44,554 nt of DNA, from positions 1-44,554 of IMG/VR virus record IMGVR_UViG_3300033076_000960; one strand, written 5' to 3'. The position numbers and the translations under genes were made by a program. The stretch comes from a virus (taxonomy: Duplodnaviria > Caudoviricetes). This document shows, piece after piece, positions 8,219-17,431 of the stretch (the first letter of the stretch is position 1; each line of letters begins with the position of its first letter). Below the pieces are notes generated by a model, which was not told the origin of the DNA, did no database searches, and worked only from the letters and a program-made list of their open reading frames with translations.

Positions 8219-8948
8219 AGCTGTCATAATGGCGACATGGGACGATGTCCCGCACCTATCAGACAGCGACAAACAGGAATTATACGCATCTATCCCGCCA
8301 TATCAGCGTGATGCGCGATCTAAAGGCATACCGCAATTAGGAGCCGGTGCTATTTATCCGGTGCCTGAGACTGATTTGCTGTGCGATCCGTTTACCATAC
8401 CGGATTTTTGGCCCCGCTGTTACGCATTGGATGTGGGCTGGAATCGCACGGCGGCGCTATGGGGCGCATGGGATAGAGATCAGGACGTTGTGTACCTGAC
8501 TGCCGAATATTATCGCCAACACGCCGAGCCGTCCGTCCATGCCGCTGCTATCCGCGCTAAAGGAGATTGGATACCGGGGGTTATTGATCCGGCGGCGCGT
8601 GGCCGGTCACAGATAGACGGCACCCAGCTTATGGGTATGTACCGAGATTTAGGCCTGCACATAACCGCCGCAGACAATGCAGTCAGCGCGGGCATTGATG
8701 CGGTGTGGGAGCGCATGTCAACCGGCAGGCTGGCAGTATTCCGCACGTTGCAAAACTGGTTATTCGAGTTTCGCATATATCGCAGAGATGAAAAAGGCAA
8801 AATTGTTAAGGAAAACGACCATCTCATGGATGATACGCGTTATCTCATCATGAGCGGCCTTAGCATATCAGAGACAAAACCACTCAACAAAGAAGATTAT
8901 CTTCGTGATTACTCACACACAACACGATCAGACGTGACAGGATACTGA
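8211..8948 (+). CDS. terL: Terminase large subunit, C-terminal linker + nuclease part
   Basis: ATWDDVPHL...ARSKGIPQLGAGAIY, ALDVGW, IDPAA, NDHLMDDTRY; P22 gp2-like; ATG 8211 overlaps the insert's stop. Confidence 0.92.
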   Translation: MSKAVIMATWDDVPHLSDSDKQELYASIPPYQRDARSKGIPQLGAGAIYPVPETDLLCDPFTIPDFWPRCYALDVGWNRTAALWGAWDRDQDVVYLTAEYYRQHAEPSVHAAAIRAKGDWIPGVIDPAARGRSQIDGTQLMGMYRDLGLHITAADNAVSAGIDAVWERMSTGRLAVFRTLQNWLFEFRIYRRDEKGKIVKENDHLMDDTRYLIMSGLSISETKPLNKEDYLRDYSHTTRSDVTGY

Positions 8949-10990
8949 TGGAATCTTTTGACATACAGCCGGATGTGGACACGCAGGCAGACGCGCCGCC
9001 CGCACACCCGCTTGAATTCCTGATGCGATCCATCCAGTCCATCAATATGGCTGTTGATATGACGGATAGCGAGCTAGGCGCTATCGGCATGGACGTGGTG
9101 CGCGAATATGAGATTGATGATGAGAGCCGCGCCGATTGGTTAAAAGAGCATGAGCAGGCGTTTAAGCTCGCCATGCAAGTTGCTCAGGAAAAAACATATC
9201 CGTGGCCTAAAGCGTCAAACGTCATATTTCCGCTTATGACCACGGCGGCGCTGCAATTCAACGCGCGCGCATATCCGGCGGTTATAGCTGGGCGGAATGT
9301 GGTCAAGGGTGTTGTGGTGGGCGATGATAAGGGTATCCCTGCCATAGATCAGGCCACTGGACAGATTATCGAAGGCCAATGGGTTGTCCCACCTGGCGCA
9401 AAGCAGATCAAGGCCGACGCTATTGGCGAGCATATGTCATGGCAGTTGCTTGATGAAATGCCAGAATGGGAGCCGGAGACTGACAAGCTACTATTGATAC
9501 TACCCATTGCCGGTACGGTATTCCGCAAGACGTATTTTGACAAAGGCATGGGCCGCAATTGCTCTAATCTGGTTCTGGCGGAAAATCTCGTTATCAATTA
9601 TTCTGCGCGATCAGTTGAGAACGCGCCACGCCTGACAGAGATATTGCGTTATTATCCGCATGAGATTGTGGAATTTCAGCGCGCCGGCGTATGGGTTGAA
9701 CATGATTTTGGTATGGCGCAGGATTCGGGCAACGATCCAGACGCGCAGCATATATTTTTAGAACAACACCGCCGCCTTGATCTTGATGATGACGGATATT
9801 CAGAGCCGTATATCGTCACGGTGCATAAAGACACAAGCAAGGTATGCCGCATAGTTGCTTGCTATGATGCGGACAGCATTATGGTGGGTGCAGACGGCAA
9901 TATCCTGAAAATAAATCGCGTCGAATATTACACGAAATATGGGTTCATACCTTCGCCCGATGGCGGAATTTATGATGTAGGCTTTGGCAAGCTGCTTAAT
10001 CCGATCAATAAATCCGTAAATACCACGCTCAATATGTTGCTGGATGCTGGTCATCTGGCGAATACAGGCGGCGGGTTTATTGGCAAGGGATTGGCAATGA
10101 GTTCCGGCGCGGTACGCTTTGCGCCCGGCGAATACAAGGTTGTTAAATCATCGAGCGATGATATTCGCAGCGCGATTGTGCCATTGCAATTTCCAGGGCC
10201 GTCTCCGGTGCTGTTTAATTTGCTGGGCCTGCTGATTGACGCAGGCAAGGACGTGGCAGCGGTTAAGGACGTTCTAACCGGTGAGCAACAGCAATCCAAT
10301 ATTCCCGCCACCACAACGCTGGCATTGATTGAGCAGGGCCTGAAGGTTTTCACCGCGATCTACAAGCGCGTTCACTTGGCGCTGAAATCCGAATTAAACA
10401 AGCTCTACAAACTCAATCAGGAATATTTGAACGAAGAAAGCGGTTATCGCATCGGAGATGAATGGAAAACCATCACGCGCGCGCTATACGAAAGTGGCGC
10501 AGGCGTGGAACCAATGTCTGATCCTACGATGGTGTCCGATATGCAGCGGCTGGGCCGCGCGCAATTCCTGATGCAGTTCGCTGACGATCCTAATTTTGAT
10601 GGTCGCGAAATCCGTCGCCGGATGCTGGAGGCCGCGCAGGTAACCGGTATTGATAAGCTGATGGTAGATCAGCCGCCACCTAATCCAGAACTTGCCATAA
10701 AAGGCATGGAAATGGATATGCAGGCGAAGAAAAATAACGCCACGGAATTGCGCGAAATGGCGCAAGCGCTGCTGTATTTTGCGCAGGCCGATCAAGCTAT
10801 CGGCGCGATGAACCTGCAATGGGCGCAGCATCAGATGGAAGTTTTCAAGGCACAATTTGAGGACGCACAAAGTGGAAATAAGCCAGATCAACAAGGCGGA
10901 TTGGGCGGAGTGGAGACATCACCCGATAACCAAGATTTATCTGCGGTTTCTGGCGGACAAGGCGGCATACCTCAAAGCGCAGGCTTCTGA
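8948..10990 (+). CDS. Portal protein
   Basis: 680 aa directly after terL; KTYPWPKASNV, GTVFRKTYFD, PATTTLALIEQG motifs. Confidence 0.9.
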   Translation: MESFDIQPDVDTQADAPPAHPLEFLMRSIQSINMAVDMTDSELGAIGMDVVREYEIDDESRADWLKEHEQAFKLAMQVAQEKTYPWPKASNVIFPLMTTAALQFNARAYPAVIAGRNVVKGVVVGDDKGIPAIDQATGQIIEGQWVVPPGAKQIKADAIGEHMSWQLLDEMPEWEPETDKLLLILPIAGTVFRKTYFDKGMGRNCSNLVLAENLVINYSARSVENAPRLTEILRYYPHEIVEFQRAGVWVEHDFGMAQDSGNDPDAQHIFLEQHRRLDLDDDGYSEPYIVTVHKDTSKVCRIVACYDADSIMVGADGNILKINRVEYYTKYGFIPSPDGGIYDVGFGKLLNPINKSVNTTLNMLLDAGHLANTGGGFIGKGLAMSSGAVRFAPGEYKVVKSSSDDIRSAIVPLQFPGPSPVLFNLLGLLIDAGKDVAAVKDVLTGEQQQSNIPATTTLALIEQGLKVFTAIYKRVHLALKSELNKLYKLNQEYLNEESGYRIGDEWKTITRALYESGAGVEPMSDPTMVSDMQRLGRAQFLMQFADDPNFDGREIRRRMLEAAQVTGIDKLMVDQPPPNPELAIKGMEMDMQAKKNNATELREMAQALLYFAQADQAIGAMNLQWAQHQMEVFKAQFEDAQSGNKPDQQGGLGGVETSPDNQDLSAVSGGQGGIPQSAGF

Positions 10991-11144
10991 GGCGTGGGTA
11001 GGGGGGAGCCCCTTTAAGGAGGTCGTTCGCGGCCAGATTATCGAGTTAATCGAGTTAAGCGAAATGCCATTTGAAGCGGTGGCAGAATTCTATGAGGCAG
11101 AGAAGGAAGACAGTAATGAGACCAAAGCTAATCAAGATCAATAA
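10872..11144 (+). CDS. Hypothetical protein
   Basis: GAGG SD before GTG 10872; W.EW.HHPITK motif; overlaps the portal end. Confidence 0.7.
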   Translation: MEISQINKADWAEWRHHPITKIYLRFLADKAAYLKAQASEAWVGGSPFKEVVRGQIIELIELSEMPFEAVAEFYEAEKEDSNETKANQDQ

Positions 11145-11493
11145 GGTTGAGCTGATACCGGCTCAATACGACGGAAACAATGGGAGCGGATGCACCCCGA
11201 TATTTAACAAGGTGGTGGTAAAAACAGATACCATACCGGAGCAGACAAGCGGCGGTATTCATATGATGGAAGACATGCGCGAGCGCATGGATTTGAGCGT
11301 AAATACCGGTGTTGTGGTTGAGGTTGGGGAATCGGCATTTAAAGGTATGCCAGGCGCGCCAGTCGCAGGTGACCGCATCGTTATGGAGAAATACGCAGGC
11401 GAATTGCTTTATACGTCCGATGGCGGCGTGTACCGGCTGGTTGAGGATAAATCCATCGGCGGCATCATGAAGAAGGAGCCCGCCCATGTCTGA
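11116..11493 (+). CDS. groES: GroES-like co-chaperonin
   Basis: PIFNKVVVK...TSGGIH...GVVVEVGE...GDRIVMEKYAG...YRLVEDKSI. Confidence 0.88.
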   Translation: MRPKLIKINKVELIPAQYDGNNGSGCTPIFNKVVVKTDTIPEQTSGGIHMMEDMRERMDLSVNTGVVVEVGESAFKGMPGAPVAGDRIVMEKYAGELLYTSDGGVYRLVEDKSIGGIMKKEPAHV

Positions 11494-12316
11494 TGAACAA
11501 CAAGTCGTTGCGGAAGAGCAGGAAGCACCTGTCACGATTGAAAATGAAGGCGCTGAAGCGGAAGTAACGAAAGAAACAGCTTCCGGCAGTGATGAGGAAC
11601 ATGCCAGCCGGTTAGGTTGGGTTCCTAAAGAACAGTTTCGCGGCGATCCTAAAAACTGGCGCGATGCAACAGAATTTCTAAAGCGCGGAACGGAACAATT
11701 ACCGATCCTGAGCGAAAATCTCAAGCGTCTGCAAAAAAAGCTCGATCAGCAATCGGCTGCATTCTCTGAATTCCGTCAATTTATGACCAAATCGGAAGAG
11801 CGCGCTTACGAAAAAGCGAAGAAAGAGATTGAAGCGGAGCGCCGCAAAGCTGTTGAAAATGCTGATACGGAAGGCTTTGAACGCGCTGAAAAAGAGCTTG
11901 AGCGCATCGAGCGCGATAAGTTGCCAACGCCTAAAAGCGCTGCGAATATCGAGCCGGAAATAGCTGAATTTGTTAAAGAAAACGGCACATGGTTTGATAA
12001 GGACAAGGTGCTCACCACGTACGCGATTGAAGTGCATGGCGATATTCTGCGCGAAAGCCCAGGAATGTCTATTGCCGACAATCTCGTGGAAACAAAGCGC
12101 CGGTTGGTTGAAAAATTTCCAGAGAAATTCGGGATTAATCCAAAACGCAATGGCGCTTCATCTGTGGCTGCTCCCGCTGCGACCGCTGCGCCAAAGGTGA
12201 AGCCAAGAACGTTTGAGGCGCTACCGAAGGAAGCGCAAAAACAGTGCGCGGTATTTGAAAAAACAATACCTGGCTTCAAGCGTGAAGATTACCTCAAAAA
12301 CTTTGCATGGGATTAA
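11486..12316 (+). CDS. Scaffolding protein
   Basis: Acidic N-terminus, GWVPKEQFRGDPKNWRDA motif, coiled coil; position before the capsid genes. Confidence 0.78.
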   Translation: MSDEQQVVAEEQEAPVTIENEGAEAEVTKETASGSDEEHASRLGWVPKEQFRGDPKNWRDATEFLKRGTEQLPILSENLKRLQKKLDQQSAAFSEFRQFMTKSEERAYEKAKKEIEAERRKAVENADTEGFERAEKELERIERDKLPTPKSAANIEPEIAEFVKENGTWFDKDKVLTTYAIEVHGDILRESPGMSIADNLVETKRRLVEKFPEKFGINPKRNGASSVAAPAATAAPKVKPRTFEALPKEAQKQCAVFEKTIPGFKREDYLKNFAWD

Positions 12317-12834
12317 TGACAATGAACACCAGACCAGTAGGCCGTCCGCGCGTTTATGGCCGTCCAGAAACCACAGCGCAAACAGCCGCACAAACGAATG
12401 CAAGCGAAGCATCTACGTCGCCAGAAGATGCGGCGATTGCTCCAGAAACAGGGCAGCCGCGCAAGCGTTTCGGCGCACTTACGCAAAAGCTCGCATATCC
12501 GGCAAGAAATGGTTATCATCGCCACTGGTTCATAGATGAGCCTGGCAGGATACAACTGGCAAGAGAGTGTGGATACACACATGTCAGGGACGCAGAAGGT
12601 GCCAACGTAAGCCAGATAACAGGCTCCGGTGCAAATGGCATTGGAGAGACTTGCTATTTAATGGAAATTCCTATAGAGTGGTATGAGCAGGATAGAGCCT
12701 CGGAGGAGGCGGAGCGTAAAAAACTGGAAAGCCAGTACCTCACAGGACTTGTTACGAACGAGCCTGATGACAAGAGATATTCACCGAATATCTACAATCC
12801 CAACGGCGGGATTATGCGCGTAGAGACGCGCTAA
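12316..12834 (+). CDS. Conserved head-module protein
   Basis: GYHRHWFIDEPGRI...YLMEIPIEWYEQD; TAATG coupling. Confidence 0.75.
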   Translation: MTMNTRPVGRPRVYGRPETTAQTAAQTNASEASTSPEDAAIAPETGQPRKRFGALTQKLAYPARNGYHRHWFIDEPGRIQLARECGYTHVRDAEGANVSQITGSGANGIGETCYLMEIPIEWYEQDRASEEAERKKLESQYLTGLVTNEPDDKRYSPNIYNPNGGIMRVETR

Positions 12835-12944
12835 ACTACCCCCAGAGTCAGAAGCGTATCGCTTCACAAATCACATTCATCAACATCAGGCATTTGTCGT
12901 CGCATGTTTATGCGCGCGCTTGCCGCTAATCTGGGAGGCCGTCT

Positions 12945-13541
12945 ATGGCCAATACAAATGCACCGCGCGGGTTAATCCCTGTGCGCCGTACCGACGGTTC
13001 CCCGTGGACAGGCGGTTTTACAATTTACAACGTACCGGCATCCTACGGCACCGCTATTTATGCAGGTGATCCGGTAATTCCTACGGGCACATCAGACGCT
13101 AATGGCGTTCCGAATGTCACTTTGGCAACTGCTGGCGCGACAAATTACCTTGTAGGCGCAATGATCGGAATAGTCAGCGGTGGCGATCCGATTATCGCAG
13201 TAACGCGCGATATGCCGGTTTACCGCCAAGCATCCGTTCAACAGTACATCGCTGTTGCCGATGATCCTAATCTCGTTTTTGAAATTCAGGAAGACGGCGT
13301 AGGCGGCGCATTGAGCGTCAGCGATTCCATGGCCAACGCAGATCTTGTGAGCGGTTCTGGATCAACTGTCACCGGCTATTCTGGCTGGATGCTGGATTCT
13401 TCCACCGCAGGAACCGGCGCAACAAAACAGCTTCGCATTCTGCGTCCTGTTCCTATCGTCGATAACACCGCAGGCTCAACCTACGCCAAATGGCTGGTTA
13501 AGATCAACCTGCACTCTCTCACCAATACAACCGGCATCTAA
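12945..13541 (+). CDS. Capsid decoration/cement protein
   Basis: MANTNAPRGLIPVR...DDPNLVFEIQED; GGAGG SD; immediately upstream of the MCP. Confidence 0.72.
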   Translation: MANTNAPRGLIPVRRTDGSPWTGGFTIYNVPASYGTAIYAGDPVIPTGTSDANGVPNVTLATAGATNYLVGAMIGIVSGGDPIIAVTRDMPVYRQASVQQYIAVADDPNLVFEIQEDGVGGALSVSDSMANADLVSGSGSTVTGYSGWMLDSSTAGTGATKQLRILRPVPIVDNTAGSTYAKWLVKINLHSLTNTTGI

Positions 13542-13553
13542 GGAGAAGGATCA

Positions 13554-14465
13554 ATGTCTAGTCCTATCACAACCGGCACCTCTCCTAAACTTCTATGGCC
13601 TGGAATTCATGCCATTTGGGGGAATGCCTATAACGAACACCCGACCGAATACACCGACCTTTTCGACACTGAAACCTCAGACAAAGCGTATGAGGAAGAT
13701 GTGGAAATGGTTGGCTTCGGTGTTGCGCCAATAAAACGCGAAGGCGCAAGCGTTGCTTATCAGACCGAGCGCCAAGGCACCACAACCCGTTACACCCACT
13801 TTGCGGTGGCATCTGGTTATATCGTGACCTATGAAGAGCTTCAGGATAATCTGTACATGCAGGTTTCCAAGCGGCGCGCAAAATCCCTTGCGTTTGGTAT
13901 GCGCCAGACAAAAGAGATTTACGGTGCAAACATCTACAATCGCGCGTTCAACTCGACGTATGCGATTGCTGATGGTGCGGCACTGATTAGTGCATCGCAT
14001 CCAAACGATAACGGCAACCAATCAAATATCCTGACCACATCCGCTGACCTGAGCGAAAAATCCATTGAGGATTTGTGCGTCCAGATCATGCTGATGACGG
14101 ATAGCCGCGGCAACCGTATTTCCGGAAAGCCGGTATCGCTCCATGTCCCATCTCAGCTTTGGTACAACGCCAACCGCATTCTGAATTCAACGCTGCAAAG
14201 CGCAACGGCGAATAACGCGGTGAACGTGCTCAAAGCACAAGGCACATTCCCTGGCGGCATCAAGGTAAACCATTACTTTGATAGCTCTTCTGCATGGTTC
14301 ATCCGCACCAATATTGGTGACAGTGTGCGCCATTTCACCCGCGAGGCAATTTCGTTCAAGGAAGACAACGACTTTGACACAAAGAACCTCAAGTACGCCT
14401 GTTATGAGCGTTACAGCTTCGGCGTGACCAACTGGCGTGGTGTTTACGGAACCGCTGGCGCATAA
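13554..14465 (+). CDS. Major capsid protein
   Basis: LLWPGIHAIWG, SDKAYEE, DFDTKNLKY...ERYSFGVTNWRGVYG; AAGGAG SD. Confidence 0.9.
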   Translation: MSSPITTGTSPKLLWPGIHAIWGNAYNEHPTEYTDLFDTETSDKAYEEDVEMVGFGVAPIKREGASVAYQTERQGTTTRYTHFAVASGYIVTYEELQDNLYMQVSKRRAKSLAFGMRQTKEIYGANIYNRAFNSTYAIADGAALISASHPNDNGNQSNILTTSADLSEKSIEDLCVQIMLMTDSRGNRISGKPVSLHVPSQLWYNANRILNSTLQSATANNAVNVLKAQGTFPGGIKVNHYFDSSSAWFIRTNIGDSVRHFTREAISFKEDNDFDTKNLKYACYERYSFGVTNWRGVYGTAGA

Positions 14466-14477
14466 GGAACATAGATC

Positions 14478-15392
14478 ATGCTTACCGCATACGCAGGGCC
14501 TATTGTTGCTTATGGCGACATGGGGGCCGGTTATACCGATCCTGACAAAGCGCCGTCCCTATTCTGGGGCGGCTCCGGCCTCTTTGACCCGCGCATGGGT
14601 TATGGGCAGCAGCGTGATGGCACCATTGGCTTTGCCGGTGGTTCAACGCTTATCCCCGTGATTGATGCTGTGCCGTCAACATTGACAACAACTGCAATCG
14701 CTGCGGCTCAAGTCCCTGTTGCTGGAACGGCAATGACGCTTGTGTCCACTACGGGCGCTGGCATTACGGTTTTGTCGGCGGCTTTGAAAGTCTATCCGTC
14801 TGGCAATACAGTTCCGGTAGGTGCTCTTGCCATTGATGGTGCTCCTGGCGTGGTGGCGTTTGGTAGTGCGTCCGTTGCCACGGGGAACACCAAAATATCT
14901 CTGTACGACCCGACAAAAGCACTGGCTCGTAATATCCAGATTGCTTCTGTTGGCAATGACACGGGCGGCACATTCCTTGTGTCTGGGTACGACATTTATG
15001 GATACCCCATGAGTGAGCGTATTACAGGCGCAAACGCTGGCACTGCGACTGGCACAAAGGCGTTCAAGTTCGTAACGTCTGTAGTCCCTGCTGGTACGCT
15101 TTCCGGATCAAATGTTAGCGTTGGTCAGGGCGATAAATATGGGTTTCCTCTGCGCGTGGATTCCATCGGATATGTGAGTATCTGGTTCAACAACCTTCAA
15201 ATTGCGTCATCCGCCACAGGAACTTTTACTTTCGCTGACACGACAACAGCAACGACGACAACTGGCGATGTGCGCGGGACATATCTTGTCGCGTCCGCAT
15301 CCAATGCCACCAAGCGCTTGCAGATGTTCATTACGCCTTCGATTGCAAACCTTGGTTCAAATACCGGTCTATTCGGTGTCACACAGGCATAA
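14478..15392 (+). CDS. Virion structural protein
   Basis: G/A/T-rich 304 aa after the MCP; VSGYDIYGYPMSE...KAFK motif. Confidence 0.72.
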   Translation: MLTAYAGPIVAYGDMGAGYTDPDKAPSLFWGGSGLFDPRMGYGQQRDGTIGFAGGSTLIPVIDAVPSTLTTTAIAAAQVPVAGTAMTLVSTTGAGITVLSAALKVYPSGNTVPVGALAIDGAPGVVAFGSASVATGNTKISLYDPTKALARNIQIASVGNDTGGTFLVSGYDIYGYPMSERITGANAGTATGTKAFKFVTSVVPAGTLSGSNVSVGQGDKYGFPLRVDSIGYVSIWFNNLQIASSATGTFTFADTTTATTTTGDVRGTYLVASASNATKRLQMFITPSIANLGSNTGLFGVTQA

Positions 15393-15404
15393 GGTCAAAT
15401 TGAA

Positions 15405-15782
15405 ATGGCTGACGCTGTAACCTCTCAAACGCTTCTTGATGGCTATCGCAATGTGGTGATGAAATTCACCAACCTGAGCGATGGCACGGGCGAAAGCGCG
15501 GTTAAGAAAGTTGACGTTACAGCGTTAACCCCTGCTGCTGGCACAAAACTCAAGGTGATGAAAATCCGGTATTCGATTGAAGCCGGAAGCGTTTCGCTGC
15601 TCTGGGAAGCCACGTCTAACGTCACGATGGTGATTTTGCGCGGGTACGGAGAAATCAAAATTCCTGGCGGGATTGTGAATAACGGCGGGTCTGGTGTGAC
15701 CGGTTCAATCCTGCTGACAACAAATAATTTCATCAGCCAGTCAAGCTATACCATCGAATTAGAAATGGTGAAGGGTATATAA
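15405..15782 (+). CDS. Virion structural protein
   Basis: MADAVTSQTLLDG...SDGTGESAVKKVD; in the structural operon. Confidence 0.72.
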   Translation: MADAVTSQTLLDGYRNVVMKFTNLSDGTGESAVKKVDVTALTPAAGTKLKVMKIRYSIEAGSVSLLWEATSNVTMVILRGYGEIKIPGGIVNNGGSGVTGSILLTTNNFISQSSYTIELEMVKGI

Positions 15783-16271
15783 ATGTCCGTACCTCACATA
15801 ATCGTTGGCGAGTCGATGGTTATCCCGTCGGCGACATTTAACAGGCCAGCAGACACAACTGCTTATGCTGTTGGTGACCTTGTTGCTAACAGCACAACGG
15901 CGGGTTCCGTTGTCCCTATGTCATGGGCTTTGCCAACAAATGCAGGTGAGGTTCTTCAGGCGCGCATAAAGAGAAATGATACCAGCGCGAACACCCAATA
16001 TTTAAGGCTTCATATTTATACATCATCCCCGACCGTTGCTAACGGCGACAATGCAGCGTGGTCTACAACGATAGCCGCGCTCGTTGGCAGCATTGATGTT
16101 AATATTGAAAGGCAGGGTACGGATTATTGCGAAGGGTTTGGTGTGCCTATTCATGGGTATATTGCCTATTCTGGAACAACAACCCTGTATGGGCTTCTGG
16201 AAGCCAGAAATGCGTACACACCAACATCTGGTGAGACGTTCATCGTCGAATTGTTTACAGAGCCAAAATGA
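15783..16271 (+). CDS. Virion structural protein
   Basis: RPADTTAYAVGD motif; beta-rich. Confidence 0.7.
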   Translation: MSVPHIIVGESMVIPSATFNRPADTTAYAVGDLVANSTTAGSVVPMSWALPTNAGEVLQARIKRNDTSANTQYLRLHIYTSSPTVANGDNAAWSTTIAALVGSIDVNIERQGTDYCEGFGVPIHGYIAYSGTTTLYGLLEARNAYTPTSGETFIVELFTEPK

Positions 16272-17428
16272 GACGCAAGCCTTCGTGGATTTACCCACTG
16301 GCAACGCTTGATCTGGATTTTGTTAATCAGCGTTATTATGCGTTCGGGCAAGCCGGTTTAAGCAATATCATACTGACCACGCGCGCTTCTGTTGGGTATG
16401 CGCAACGCGCAAATAACACGTGGGTGTCATTCGATGCCAACCAGCCGCGTATTACCGACAAGGGAATTTTCATCGAGCAGGCGGCGACCAATCTTTGCCT
16501 GTATTCAAATGATCTGACCAATGCGGCATGGACAAAAACGAATTGCACGGCGGCTTTGAATGCGACGGGCGCGGATGGCGTGGCGAATGCCGCGACTACC
16601 CTTACCGCCACAGGAGCCAATGCCACCTGCTTGCAAGCGTTCACGCTATCGTCTGCGGCGCGCACCATTTCAGTGATGATGAGACGCAAGACTGGTAGCG
16701 GTGCCGTTTATTTGACACAAGACAACGACGCGACACGCACGGATATCACATCGCAATTAAACACCAGCACATACACAAAAGTGCAGGTTGCCCAAACGCT
16801 GGTTAATCCAACAATCGGGATAAAGCTTGCCACGAGCGGCGACGCGGTGGAAATCTGGAATGTGCAATATGAGACTGGCAGCTTTGCCACATCTCCCATA
16901 TTCACAACGAGTGCCACGGTAACGCGCTCTCAGGATGTTACAACGTTCTCGAATAACCAGAACAATGCGTCATGGGCAAATATGGCGGAAGGCTCCCTTT
17001 ATGTGGAATGGGAAGAGGTTGTGGGGGCAATCAGCGCGCAGCATCGCGTTGTGACGGTTGCCAACTCTAATGCGGCCATAAACGTTTTTGCAGGTGGTAC
17101 GACCAACAAAGCGAACGTCACCATAACCGATATTTCTGGGTCAACTATAGCCAACCTCGCATCAACCAACTCGATAGCGGCCAACACGGTTTACCGCATC
17201 GCAATCCGGTGGCGCAAGGATGACATGGCAATGGCTGTTCCTACTGCGCTTAACGCAACGGTTTTAACAGATACAACCGGACAGCCAGGCATTACCTACG
17301 GCGGGAACTCTCGCCTTGGTCAAAGCGTCGGAGGCTCTCAGGTTCTCAATGGATATGTCCGCAGGTTGATTTGCCGTCAAGTGATTGATGCAGACGCAAA
17401 CCTGCAAGAATGGGCGAATAGGGTTTAG
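16268..17428 (+). CDS. Head spike/fibre-like protein with carbohydrate-binding-type domains
   Basis: LDLDF...TRAS...GIFIEQAATNL...ATSPIFTTSATVTRSQD pattern. Confidence 0.7.
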   Translation: MRRKPSWIYPLATLDLDFVNQRYYAFGQAGLSNIILTTRASVGYAQRANNTWVSFDANQPRITDKGIFIEQAATNLCLYSNDLTNAAWTKTNCTAALNATGADGVANAATTLTATGANATCLQAFTLSSAARTISVMMRRKTGSGAVYLTQDNDATRTDITSQLNTSTYTKVQVAQTLVNPTIGIKLATSGDAVEIWNVQYETGSFATSPIFTTSATVTRSQDVTTFSNNQNNASWANMAEGSLYVEWEEVVGAISAQHRVVTVANSNAAINVFAGGTTNKANVTITDISGSTIANLASTNSIAANTVYRIAIRWRKDDMAMAVPTALNATVLTDTTGQPGITYGGNSRLGQSVGGSQVLNGYVRRLICRQVIDADANLQEWANRV

Positions 17429-17431
17429 ATC

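Noticed and set aside
11128-12279. Long antisense ORFs over groES/scaffold and similar shadows elsewhere
   Set aside because: They mirror well-supported genes, lack SD sites and have no recognisable motifs.
16268-16690. 12-nt repeat ATGAGACGCAAG at the gene start and internally
   Set aside because: Single short in-gene match with no structural context; likely chance.
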